From Nemertoderma westbladi (taxonomy: Eukaryota; Animalia; Xenacoelomorpha), in assembly GCA_032718475.1 (NCBI GenBank), contig JAUCBJ010002312.1, forward strand, positions 1 to 51,238: a DNA stretch of 51,238 nucleotides, written 5' to 3'. This document shows positions 1 through 14,416 of this stretch, in pieces (position 1 is the first letter of the stretch; every line of letters begins with the position of its first letter). The position numbers and the translations under genes were made by a program. The notes under the pieces are model-generated. The model saw only the letters and a program-made list of their open reading frames with translations, was not told the origin of the DNA and did not search any database.

Positions 1-201
1 AACTAATGATATTAAGTAAAACTTACTAGTTAATGATATTAGGTAAAACTTACTCTACTAGTGAGATTATGTAAAACTTACACAACTAATGATATTAAGT
101 AAAACTTACTAGTTAATGATATTAGGTAAAACTTACTCTACTAGTGAGATTATGTAAAACTTACACAACTAATGATATTAAGTAAAACTTAACTATTAAT
201 G

Positions 202-316
202 CTGTTAATTATATATATAGTTACATTTGTGCTGTGTAGTTAGTTTCGTATTTGTAGTAGTATGGGTCATTAGTGCCCGAACCATGAAAGCTAAATAAAT
301 TAAAAAAAAAAAAAAA
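202..316 (+). mobile_element. ~115-bp poly(A)-tailed retroposon 3' fragment in the satellite (copy 1 of 8)
   Basis: Non-satellite sequence ending CTAAATAAAT plus an A-run, flanked by direct repeat TTAATG (TSD-like). Confidence 0.7.
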
Positions 317-2420
317 TTAATGATATTAAGTAAAACTTACCTTACTAGTTAGATTATGTAAAACTTACACTACTAATTATATTAAGTAAAACTTAACTAT
401 TAATGATATTAAGTAAAACTTACCTTACTAGTGAGATTATGTAAAACTTACACTACTAGTGAGATTATGTAAAACTTACACTACTAGTGAGATTATGTAA
501 AACTTACACTACTAATGATATTAAGTAAAACTTACACTACTAGTGAGATTATGTAAAACTTACACAACTAATGATATTAAGTAAAACTTAACTATTAATG
601 ATATTAAGTAAAACTTAACTATTAATGATATTAAGTAAAACTTACCTTACTAGTGAGATTATGTAAAACTTACACAACTAATGATATTAAGTAAAACTTA
701 ACTATTAATGATATTAAGTAAAACTTAACTATTAATGATATTAAGTAAAACTTAACTATTAATGATATTAAGTAAAACTTACCTTACTAGTGAGATTATG
801 TAAAACTTACTCTACTAGTGAGATTATGTAAAACTTACACTACTAATGATATTAAGTAAAACTTAACTATTAATGATATTAAGTAAAACTTACCTTACTA
901 ATGATATTAAGTAAAACTTAACTATTAATGATATTAAGTAAAACTTACCTTACTAGTGAGATTATGTAAAACTTACACTACTAATGATATTAAGTAAAAC
1001 TTAACTATTAATGATATTAAGTAAAACTTACCTTACTAGTGAGATTATGTAAAACTTACACAACTAATGATATTAAGTAAAACTTACACTACTATTGAGA
1101 TTATGTAAAACTTACACTACTAATGATATTATGTAAAACTTACACTACTAATGATATTAAGTAAAACTTAAACTACTAGTGAGATTATGTAAAACTTACA
1201 CTACTATTGAGATTATGTAAAACTTACACTACTAGTGAGATTATGTAAAACTTACACTACTATTGAGATTATGTAAAACTTACACTACTAGTGAGATTAA
1301 GTAAAACTTACACTACTAATGATATTAAGTAAAACTTACCTTACTAGTGAGATTATGTAAAACTTACACTTCTAATGATATTAAGTAAAACTTACACTAC
1401 TATTGAGATTATGTAAAACTTACACTACTAATGATATTATGTAAAACTTACACTACTAATGATATTAAGTAAAACTTACACTACTAGTGAGATTATGTAA
1501 AACTTACACTACTAATGATATTAAGTAAAACTTACCTTACTAGTGAGATTATGTAAAACTTACACTTCTAATGATATTAAGTAAAACTTACACTACTATT
1601 GAGATTATGTAAAACTTACACTACTAATGATATTATGTAAAACTTACACTACTAATGATATTAAGTAAAACTTACACTACTAGTGAGATTATGTAAAACT
1701 TACACTTCTAATGATATTAAGTAAAATTTACACTACTAGTGAGATTATGTAAAACTTACATTACTAATGATATTAAGTAAAACTGACACTACTAATGAAT
1801 GATATTAAGTAAAACTTACACTACTAATGATATTAAGTAAAACTTACACTACTAGTGAAATTATGTAAAACTTACACTACTAATGATATTAAGTAAAACT
1901 TACACTACTAGTGAGATTATGTAAAACTTACACTACTAGTGAGATTATGTAAAACTTACATTACTAATGATATTATTAAGTAAAACTGACACTACTAATG
2001 AATGATATTAAGTAAAACTTACACTACTAATGATATTAAGTACAACTTACACTACTAATGATATTAAGTAAAACTTACACTACTAATGATATTAAGTAAA
2101 ACTTACACTACTAGTGAGATTATGTAAAACATACACTACTAATGATATTAAGTAAAACTTACACTACTATTAAGTAAAACTTACAATACTATTAAGTAAA
2201 ACGTACACTACTATTAAGTAAAACTTAAACTACTAGTGAGAATATGTAAAACTTACACTACTATTAAGTAAAACTTACACTACTATTAAGTAAAAATTAC
2301 ATTACTAATGATATTAAGTAAAACTTACTAGTTAATGATATTAGGTAAAACTTACTCTACTAGTGAGATTATGTAAAACTTACACAACTAATGATATTAA
2401 GTAAAACTTAACTATTAATG

Positions 2421-2539
2421 CTGTTAATTATATATATAGTTACAATTGTGCTGTGTAGTTAGTTTCGTATTTGTAGTAGTATGGGTCATTAGTGCCCGAA
2501 CCATAAAAGCTAAATAAATAAAAAAAAAATAAAAAAAAA
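2421..2539 (+). mobile_element. Poly(A) retroposon fragment, copy 2 (variant B)
   Basis: Same insert with ACAATT and CCATAAAAG variants; same flanking context. Confidence 0.7.
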
Positions 2540-4439
2540 TTAATGATATTAAGTAAAACTTACCTTACTAGTTAGATTATGTAAAACTTGCACTACTAGT
2601 GAGATTAAGTAAAACTTAACTATTAATGATATTAAGTAAAACTTACCTTACTAGTGAGATTATGTAAAACTTACACAACTAATGATATTAAGTAAAACTT
2701 AACTATTAATGATATTAAGTAAAACTTACCTTACTAGTGAGATTATGTAAAACTTACACTACTAATGATATTAAGTAAAACTTAACTATTAATGATATTA
2801 AGTAAAACTTACCTTACTAGTGAGATTATGTAAAACTTACACTACTAATGATATTAAGTAAACTTACTCTACTATTGAGATTATGTAAAACTTACACTAC
2901 TAATGATATTAAGTAAAACTTACCTTACTAGTGAGATTATGTAAAACTTACACTTCTAATGATATTAAGTAAAACTTACACTACTATTGAGATTATGTAA
3001 AACTTACACTACTAATGATATTATGTAAAACTTACACTACTAATGATATTAAGTAAAACTTACACTACTAGTGAGATTATGTAAAACTTACACTACTAAT
3101 GATATTAAGTAAAACTTACCTTACTAGTGAGATTATGTAAAACTTACACTTCTAATGATATTAAGTAAAACTTACACTACTATTGAGATTATGTAAAACT
3201 TACACTACTAATGATATTATGTAAAACTTACACTACTAATGATATTAAGTAAAACTTACACTACTAGTGAGATTATGTAAAACTTACACTTCTAATGATA
3301 TTAAGTAAAACTTACACTACTAGTGAGATTATGTAAAACTTACATTACTAATGATATTAAGTAAAACTGACACTACTAATGAATGATATTAAGTAAAACT
3401 TACACTACTAATGATATTAAGTAAAACTTACACTACTAGTGAAATTATGTAAAACTTACACTACTAATGATATTAAGTAAAACTTACACTACTAGTGAGA
3501 TTATGTAAAACTTACATTACTAATGATATTATTAAGTAAAACTGACACTACTAATGAATGATATTAAGTAAAACTTACACTACTAATGAATGATATTAAG
3601 TAAAACTTACACTACTAATGATATTAAGTACAACTTACACTACTAATGATATTAAGTAAAACTTACACTACTAATGATATTAAGTAAAACTTACACTACT
3701 AGTGAGATTATGTAAAACTTACACTACTAATGATATTAAGTAAAACTTACACTACTAGTGAGATTATGTAAAACTTACACTACTAATGATATTAAGTAAA
3801 ACTTACACTACTAGTGAAATTATGTAAAACTTACACTACTAATGATATTAAGTAAAACTTACACTACTAGTGAGATTATGTAAAACTTACATTACTAATG
3901 ATATTATTAAGTAAAACTGACACTACTAATGAATGATATTAAGTAAAACTTACACTACTAATGAATGATATTAAGTAAAACTTACACTACTAATGATATT
4001 AAGTACAACTTACACTACTAATGATATTAAGTAAAACTTACACTACTAATGATATTAAGTAAAACTTACACTACTAGTGAGATTATGTAAAACTTACACT
4101 ACTAATGATATTAAGTAAAACTTACACTACTAGTGAGATTATGTAAAACTTACACTACTAATGATATTAAGTAAAACTTACACTACTATTAAGTAAAACT
4201 TACAATACTATTAAGTAAAACGTACACTACTATTAAGTAAAACTTAAACTACTAGTGAGAATATGTAAAACTTACACTACTATTAAGTACAACTTACACT
4301 ACTATTAAGTAAAAATTACATTACTAATGATATTAAGTAAAACTTACTAGTTAATGATATTAGGTAAAACTTACTCTACTAGTGAGATTATGTAAAACTT
4401 ACACAACTAATGATATTAAGTAAAACTTAACTATTAATG

Positions 4440-4554
4440 CTGTTAATTATATATATAGTTACATTTGTGCTGTGTAGTTAGTTTCGTATTTGTAGTAGTA
4501 TGGGTCATTAGTGCCCGAACCATGAAAGCTAAATAAATAAAAAAAAAAAAAAAA
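4440..4554 (+). mobile_element. Poly(A) retroposon fragment, copy 3
   Basis: Same insert and flanks as copy 1. Confidence 0.7.
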
Positions 4555-6652
4555 TTAATGATATTAAGTAAAACTTACCTTACTAGTTAGATTATGTAAA
4601 ACTTACACTACTAATTATATTAAGTAAAACTTAACTATTAATGATATTAAGTAAAACTTACCTTACTAGTGAGATTATGTAAAACTTACACTACTAGTGA
4701 GATTATGTAAAACTTACACTACTAGTGAGATTATGTAAAACTTACACTACTAATGATATTAAGTAAAACTTACACTACTAGTGAGATTATGTAAAACTTA
4801 CACAACTAATGATATTAAGTAAAACTTAACTATTAATGATATTAAGTAAAACTTAACTATTAATGATATTAAGTAAAACTTACCTTACTAGTGAGATTAT
4901 GTAAAACTTACACAACTAATGATATTAAGTAAAACTTAACTATTAATGATATTAAGTAAAACTTAACTATTAATGATATTAAGTAAAACTTAACTATTAA
5001 TGATATTAAGTAAAACTTACCTTACTAGTGAGATTATGTAAAACTTACTCTACTAGTGAGATTATGTAAAACTTACACTACTAATGATATTAAGTAAAAC
5101 TTAACTATTAATGATATTAAGTAAAACTTACCTTACTAATGATATTAAGTAAAACTTAACTATTAATGATATTAAGTAAAACTTACCTTACTAGTGAGAT
5201 TATGTAAAACTTACACTACTAATGATATTAAGTAAAACTTAACTATTAATGATATTAAGTAAAACTTACCTTACTAGTGAGATTATGTAAAACTTACACA
5301 ACTAATGATATTAAGTAAAACTTACACTACTATTGAGATTATGTAAAACTTACACTACTAATGATATTATGTAAAACTTACACTACTAATGATATTAAGT
5401 AAAACTTAAACTACTAGTGAGATTATGTAAAACTTACACTACTATTGAGATTATGTAAAACTTACACTACTAGTGAGATTATGTAAAACTTACACTACTA
5501 TTGAGATTATGTAAAACTTACACTACTAGTGAGATTAAGTAAAACTTACACTACTAATGATATTAAGTAAAACTTACCTTACTAGTGAGATTATGTAAAA
5601 CTTACACTTCTAATGATATTAAGTAAAACTTACACTACTATTGAGATTATGTAAAACTTACACTACTAATGATATTATGTAAAACTTACACTACTAATGA
5701 TATTAAGTAAAACTTACACTACTAGTGAGATTATGTAAAACTTACACTACTAATGATATTAAGTAAAACTTACCTTACTAGTGAGATTATGTAAAACTTA
5801 CACTTCTAATGATATTAAGTAAAACTTACACTACTATTGAGATTATGTAAAACTTACACTACTAATGATATTATGTAAAACTTACACTACTAATGATATT
5901 AAGTAAAACTTACACTACTAGTGAGATTATGTAAAACTTACACTTCTAATGATATTAAGTAAAATTTACACTACTAGTGAGATTATGTAAAACTTACATT
6001 ACTAATGATATTAAGTAAAACTGACACTACTAATGAATGATATTAAGTAAAACTTACACTACTAATGATATTAAGTAAAACTTACACTACTAGTGAAATT
6101 ATGTAAAACTTACACTACTAATGATATTAAGTAAAACTTACACTACTAGTGAGATTATGTAAAACTTACATTACTAATGATATTATTAAGTAAAACTGAC
6201 ACTACTAATGAATGATATTAAGTAAAACTTACACTACTAATGATATTAAGTACAACTTACACTACTAATGATATTAAGTAAAACTTACACTACTAATGAT
6301 ATTAAGTAAAACTTACACTACTAGTGAGATTATGTAAAACATACACTACTAATGATATTAAGTAAAACTTACACTACTATTAAGTAAAACTTACAATACT
6401 ATTAAGTAAAACGTACACTACTATTAAGTAAAACTTAAACTACTAGTGAGAATATGTAAAACTTACACTACTATTAAGTAAAACTTACACTACTATTAAG
6501 TAAAACTTACACTACTATTAAGTAAAAATTACATTACTAATGATATTAAGTAAAACTTACTAGTTAATGATATTAGGTAAAACTTACTCTACTAGTGAGA
6601 TTATGTAAAACTTACACAACTAATGATATTAAGTAAAACTTAACTATTAATG

Positions 6653-6772
6653 CTGTTAATTATATATATAGTTACATTTGTGCTGTGTAGTTAGTTTCGT
6701 ATTTGTAGTAGTATGGGTCATTAGTGCCCGAACCATGAAAGCTAAATAAATTAAAAAAAAAAAAAAAAAAAA
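6653..6772 (+). mobile_element. Poly(A) retroposon fragment, copy 4
   Basis: Same insert and flanks, longer A-run. Confidence 0.7.
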
Positions 6773-9700
6773 TTAATGATATTAAGTAAAACTTACCTTA
6801 CTAGTTAGATTATGTAAAACTTACACTACTAATGATATTAAGTAAAACTTAACTATTAATGATATTAAGTAAAACTTACTTTACTAGTGAGATTATGTAA
6901 AACTTACACAACTAATGATATTAAGTAAAACTTAACTATTAATGATATTAAGTAAAACTTACCTTACTAGTGAGATTATGTAAAACTTACACAACTAATG
7001 ATATTAAGTAAAACTTAACTATTAATGATATTAAGTAAAACTTAACTATTAATGATATTAAGTAAAACTTAACTATTAATGATATTAAGTAAAACTTACC
7101 TTACTAGTGAGATTATGTAAAACTTACTCTACTAGTGAGATTATGTAAAACTTACACTACTAATGATATTAAGTAAAACTTAACTATTAATGATATTAAG
7201 TAAAACTTACCTTACTAATGATATTAAGTAAAACTTAACTATTAATGATATTAAGTAAAACTTACCTTACTAGTGAGATTATGTAAAACTTACACTACTA
7301 ATGATATTAAGTAAAACTTAAACTACTAGTGAGATTATGTAAAACTTACACTACTATTGAGATTATGTAAAACTTACACTACTAGTGAGATTATGTAAAA
7401 CTTACACTACTATTGAGATTATGTAAAACTTACACTACTAGTGAGATTAAGTAAAACTTACACTACTAATGATATTAAGTAAAACTTACACTACTAGTGA
7501 GATTATGTAAAACTTGCACTACTAATGATATTAAGTAAAACTTACACTACTAGTGAGATTATGTAAAACTTACACTACTATTGAGATTATGTAAAACTTA
7601 CACTACTAATTATATTAAGTAAAACTTACACTACTAATGATATTAAGTAAAACTTAAACTACTAGTGAGATTATGTAAAACTTACACTACTAATGAGATT
7701 ATGTAAAACTTACACTACTAGTGAGATTATGTAAAACTTACACTACTATTGAGATTATGTAAAACTTACACTACTAGTGAGATTAAGTAAAACTTACACT
7801 ACTAATGATATTAAGTAAAACTTACACTACTAGTGAGATTATGTAAAACTTGCACTACTAATGATATTAAGTAAAACTTACACTACTAATGATATTAAGT
7901 AAAACTTAAACTACTAGTGAGATTATGTAAAACTTACACTACTAGTGAGATTATGTAAAACTTACACTACTAATTATATTAAGTAAAACTTACACTACTA
8001 ATGATATTAAGTAAAACTTAAACTACTAGTGAGATTATGTAAAACTTACACTACTAGTGAGATTATGTAAAACTTGCACTACTAATGATATTAAATAAAA
8101 CTTACCTTACTAGTGAGATTATGTAAAACTTACACTACTATTGAGATTATGTAAAACTTACACTACTAGTGAGATTAAGTAAAACTTAAACTACTATTGA
8201 GATTATGTAAAACTTACACTACTAGTGAGATTATGTAAAACTTACACTACTAATGATATTAAGTAAAACTTAAACTACTAGTGAGATTATGTAAAACTTG
8301 CACTACTAATGATATTAAATAAAACTTACCTTACTAGTGAGATTATGTAAAACTTACACTACTATTGAGATTATGTAAAACTTACACTACTAGTGAGATT
8401 AAGTAAAACTTACACTACTAATTATATTAAGTAAAACTTACACTACTAATGATATTAAGTAAAACTTAAACTACTAGTGAGATTATGTAAAACTTACACT
8501 ACTAGTGAGATTATGTAAAACTTACACTACTAATTATATTAAGTAAAACTTAAACTACTAGTGAGATTATGTAAAACTTACACTACTAGTGAGATTATGT
8601 AAAACTTACACTACTAATGATATTAAGTACAACTTACACTACTAGTGAGATTATGTAAAACTTACACTACTAGTGAGATTATGTAAAACTTACACTACTA
8701 GTGAGATTATGTAAAACTTGCACTACTAATGATATTAAATAAAACTTACCTTACTAGTGAGATTTTGTAAAACTTACACTACTATTGAGATTATGTAAAA
8801 CTTACACTACTAGTGAGATTAAGTAAAACTTACACTACTAATTATATTAAGTAAAACTTACACTACTAATGATATTAAGTAAAACTTAAACTACTAGTGA
8901 GATTATGTAAAACTTACACTACTAGTGAGATTATGTAAAACTTACACTACTAATTATATTAAGTAAAACTTACACTACTAATGATATTAAGTAAAACTTA
9001 AACTACTAGTGAGATTATGTAAAACTTACACTACTAGTGAGATTATGTAAAACTTGCACTACTAATGATATTAAATAAAACTTACCTTACTAGTGAGATT
9101 ATGTAAAACTTACACTACTATTGAGATTATGTAAAACTTACACTACTATTGAGATTATGTAAAACTTACACTACTAATTATATTAAGTAAAACTTACACT
9201 ACTAATGATATTAAGTAAAACTTAAACTACTAGTGAGATTATGTAAAACTTACACTACTAGTGAGATTATGTAAAACTTGCACTACTAATGATATTAAAT
9301 AAAACTTACCTTACTAGTGAGATTATGTAAAACTTACACTACTATTGAGATTATGTAAAACTTACACTACTAGTGAGATTAAGTAAAACTTACACTACTA
9401 ATGATATTAAGTAAAACTTACACTACTAGTGAGATTATGTAAAACTTGCACTACTAATGATATTAAGTAAAACTTACACTACTAATGATATTAAGTAAAA
9501 CTTAAACTACTAGTGAGATTATGTAAAACTTACACTACTAGTGAGATTATGTAAAACTTGCACTACTAATGATATTAAATAAAACTTACCTTACTAGTGA
9601 GATTATGTAAAACTTACACTACTATTGAGATTATGTAAAACTTACACTACTATTGAGATTATGTAAAACTTACACTACTAGTGAGATTAAGTAAAACTTA

Positions 9701-11242
9701 CACTACTAATGATATTAAGTAAAACTTACACTACTAGTGAGATTATGTAAAACTTGCACTACTAATGATATTAAGTAAAACTTACACTACTAGTGAAATT
9801 ATGTAAAACTTACACTACTAATTATATTAAGTAAAACTTACACTACTAATGATATTAAGTAAAACTTAAACTACTAGTGAGATTATGTAAAACTTACACT
9901 ACTAGTGAGATTATGTAAAACTTGCACTACTAATGATATTAAATAAAACTTACCTTACTAGTGAGATTATGTAAAACTTACACTACTATTGAGATTATGT
10001 AAAACTTACACTACTAGTGAGATTAAGTAAAACTTACACTACTAATGATATTAAGTAAAACTTACACTACTAGTGAAATTATGTAAAACTTACACTACTA
10101 ATGATATTAAGTAAAACTTACACTACTAGTGAGATTATGTAAAACTTACATTACTAATGATATTATTAAGTAAAACTGACACTACTAATGAATGATATTA
10201 AGTAAAACTTACACTACTAATGATATTAAGTACAACTTACACTACTAATGATATTAAGTAAAACTTACACTACTAATGATATTAAGTAAAACTTACACTA
10301 CTAGTGAGATTATGTAAAACATACACTACTAATGATATTAAGTAAAACTTACACTGCTAGTGAGATTATGTAAAACTTACACGACTAATGATATTAAGTA
10401 AAACTTACACTACTATTAAGTAAAACTTACAATACTATTAAGTAAAACGTACACTACTATTAAGTAAAACTTAAACTACTAGTGAGAATATGTAAAACTT
10501 ACACTACTATTAAGTAAAACTTACACTACTATTAAGTAAAAATTACATTACTAATGATATTAAGTAAAACTTACTAGTTAATGATATTAGGTAAAACTTA
10601 CTCTACTAGTGAGATTATGTAAAACATACACTACTAATGATATTAAGTAAAACTTACACTACTATTAAGTAAAACTTACACTACTAGTGAGATTATGTAA
10701 AACTTACACTTCTAATGATATTAAGTAAAACTTACACTACTATTAAGTAAAACTTACAATACTATTAAGTAAAACGTACACTACTATTAAGTAAAACTTA
10801 AACTACTAGTGAGAATATGTAAAACTTACACTACTATTAAGTAAAACTTACACTACTATTAAGTAAAAATTACATTACTAATGATATTAAGTAAAACTTA
10901 CTAGTTAATGATATTAGGTAAAACTTACTCTACTAGTGAGATTATGTAAAACATACACTACTAATGATATTAAGTAAAACTTACACTACTATTAAGTAAA
11001 ACTTACAATACTATTAAGTAAAACGTACACTACTATTAAGTAAAACTTAAACTACTAGTGAGAATATGTAAAACTTACACTACTATTAAGTAAAACTTAC
11101 ACTACTATTAAGTAAAAATTACATTACTAATGATATTAAGTAAAACTTACTAGTTAATGATATTAGGTAAAACTTACTCTACTAGTGAGATTATGTAAAA
11201 CTTACACAACTAATGATATTAAGTAAAACTTAACTATTAATG

Positions 11243-11362
11243 CTGTTAATTATATATATAGTTACATTTGTGCTGTGTAGTTAGTTTCGTATTTGTAGTA
11301 GTATGGGTCATTAGTGCCCGAACCATGAAAGCTAAATAAATAAAAAAAAAAAAAAAAAAAAA
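11243..11362 (+). mobile_element. Poly(A) retroposon fragment, copy 5
   Basis: Same insert and flanks. Confidence 0.7.
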
Positions 11363-12815
11363 TTAATGATATTAAGTAAAACTTACCTTACTAGTTAGAT
11401 TATGTAAAACTTACACAACTAATGATATTAAGTAAAACTTACACTACTAGTGAGATTATGTAAAACTTACACAACTAATGATATTAAGTAAAACTTAACT
11501 ATTAATGATATTAAGTAAAACTTACCTTACTAGTGAGATTATGTAAAACTTACACAACTAATGATATTAAGTAAAACTTAACTATTAATGATATTAAGTA
11601 AAACTTAACTATTAATGATATTAAGTAAAACTTACACTACTAGTGAGATTATGTAAAACTTACACAACTAATGATATTAAGTAAAACTTAACTATTAATG
11701 ATATTAAGTAAAACTTACTTTACTAGTGAGATTATGTAAAACTTACACAACTAATGATATTAAGTAAAACTTAACTATTAATGATATTAAGTAAAACTTA
11801 CCTTACTAGTGAGATTATGTAAAACTTACACAACTAATGATATTAAGTAAAACTTAACTATTAATGATATTAAGTAAAACTTAACTATTAATGATATTAA
11901 GTAAAACTTAACTATTAATGATATTAAGTAAAACTTACCTTACTAGTGAGATTATGTAAAACTTACACTACTAGTGAGATTATGTAAAACTTGCACTACT
12001 AATGATATTAAATAAAACTTACCTTACTAGTGAGATTATGTAAAACTTACACTACTATTGAGATTATGTAAAACTTACACTACTAGTGAGATTAAGTAAA
12101 ACTTACACTACTAATGATATTAAGTAAAACTTACACTACTAGTGAAATTATGTAAAACTTACACTACTAATGATATTAAGTAAAACTTACACTACTAGTG
12201 AGATTATGTAAAACTTACATTACTAATGATATTATTAAGTAAAACTGACACTACTAATGAATGATATTAAGTAAAACTTACACTACTAATGATATTAAGT
12301 ACAACTTACACTACTAATGATATTAAGTAAAACTTACACTACTAATGATATTAAGTAAAACTTACACTACTAGTGAGATTATGTAAAACATACACTACTA
12401 ATGATATTAAGTAAAACTTACACTACTAGTGAGATTATGTAAAACTTACACTACTAATGATATTAAGTAAAACTTACACTACTATTAAGTAAAACTTACA
12501 ATACTATTAAGTAAAACGTACACTACTATTAAGTAAAACTTAAACTACTAGTGAGAATATGTAAAACTTACACTACTATTAAGTAAAACTTACACTACTA
12601 TTAAGTAAAAATTACATTACTAATGATATTAAGTAAAACTTACTAGTTAATGATATTAGGTAAAACTTACTCTACTAGTGAGATTATGTAAAACATACAC
12701 TACTAATGATATTAAGTAAAACTTACACTACTATTAAGTAAAACTTACACTACTAGTGAGATTATGTAAAACTTACACTTCTAATGATATTAAGTAAAAC
12801 TTACACTACTATTAA

Positions 12816-13760
12816 CCCTTTCGGTACCATGGCACATACGTCTGTTCCATGGGTATTGCGCCATGACACACACGTCTGTTCCATGACATTTATTTGATTT
12901 CTAAGAAGGGAAAATGTTGCTGGACTATTAAGTACATGCTTCCATATGTTAGCGACGCATTTCAGCTTGTATCTACTGTAAATTAACTACCGGTAGGCCT
13001 ACTGCAGACCTGCTTACAGACTGCCAGACTTTAGCAATAACAGAATAAGGCAGTACTGCAGTAAGGTAGGCCTAAACTGACTAAACAGCCTAAACAAAAA
13101 AGCCTAAACAGACTGACCGACAGACAGTCTGGATAGGGTCAAAAGTGAAAACTGACAGCGGAAATGAAATCCTTGACCAGGAAAACCCCCATAGAGCGAA
13201 TTTTAATTAGCTAATGTGATTCCTTATATTTTTGACGGACAGACAGACTGACAGACAGACCGACAGCCAGTCTGGATAGGGTCAAAAGTGAAAACTGACA
13301 GCGGAAATGAAATCCTTGACCAGGAAAACCCCCATAGAGAGAATCTTAATTAGCTAATGTGATTCCTTATATTTTCGACGGACAGACTGACAGACAGACA
13401 GACAGACCAACAGACCGACAGACAGTCTGCATAGGGTCCAAAGTGAAAACTGACAGCGGAAATGAAATCCTTGACCAGGAAAACCCCCATAGTGAGAATT
13501 TTAATTAGCTAATGTGATTCCTTATACTTTTGACGGACAGACAGACCGACAGACAGTCTGGATACGGTCAAAAGTGAAAACTGACAGCGGAAATGAAATC
13601 CTTGACAGGGAAAACCCCCATAGCGAGAATCTTAGTAGATTTTATTCTATCTAAAGTCTTGACAGACAAACTGACAGAAATACTGACAGACTTCAGAAAT
13701 TCATGAATTAGAGTTGGGCACTTGGGGGTTTGAATAATTTCCAGTTAGGTACCGAAAGGG
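12816..13760. mobile_element. Non-autonomous piggyBac-type DNA transposon (MITE), 945 bp
   Basis: Perfect 13-bp TIR CCCTTTCGGTACC / GGTACCGAAAGGG; TTAA duplicated at 12812-12815 and 13761-13764; no ORF in the supplied track. Confidence 0.9.
13105..13640. repeat. Four ~130-155 bp internal tandem repeats separated by (GACA/GACC)n microsatellite, inside the piggyBac-type MITE
   Basis: Near-identical GTCTGGATAGGGTCAAAAGTGAAAACTGACAGCGG... motif at ~13127, 13270, 13425 and 13556. Confidence 0.9.
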
Positions 13761-14294
13761 TTAAGTAAAACTTACACTATTATTAAGTAAAACTTAAACT
13801 ACTAGTGAGAATATGTAAAACTTACACTACTATTAAGTAAAACTTACACTACTATTAAGTAAAAATTACATTACTAATGATATTAAGTAAAACTTACTAG
13901 TTAATGATATTAGGTAAAACTTACTCTACTAGTGAGATTATGTAAAACATACACTACTAATGATATTAAGTAAAACTTACACTACTATTAAGTAAAACTT
14001 ACACTACTAGTGAGATTATGTAAAACTTACACTACTAATGATATTAAGTAAAACTTACACTACTATTAAGTAAAACGTACACTACTATTAAGTAAAACTT
14101 AAACTACTAGTGAGAATATGTAAAACTTACACTACTATTAAGTAAAACTTACACTACTATTAAGTAAAAATTACATTACTAATGATATTAAGTAAAACTT
14201 ACTAGTTAATGATATTAGGTAAAACTTACTCTACTAGTGAGATTATGTAAAACTTACACAACTAATGATATTAAGTAAAACTTAACTATTAATG

Positions 14295-14416
14295 CTGTTA
14301 ATTATATATATAGTTACATTTGTGCTGTGTAGTTAGTTTCGTATTTGTAGTAGTATGGGTCATTAGTGCCCGAACCATGAAAGCTAAATAAATAAAAAAA
14401 AAAAAAAAAAAAAAAA
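14295..14416 (+). mobile_element. Poly(A) retroposon fragment, copy 6
   Basis: Same insert and flanks. Confidence 0.7.
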
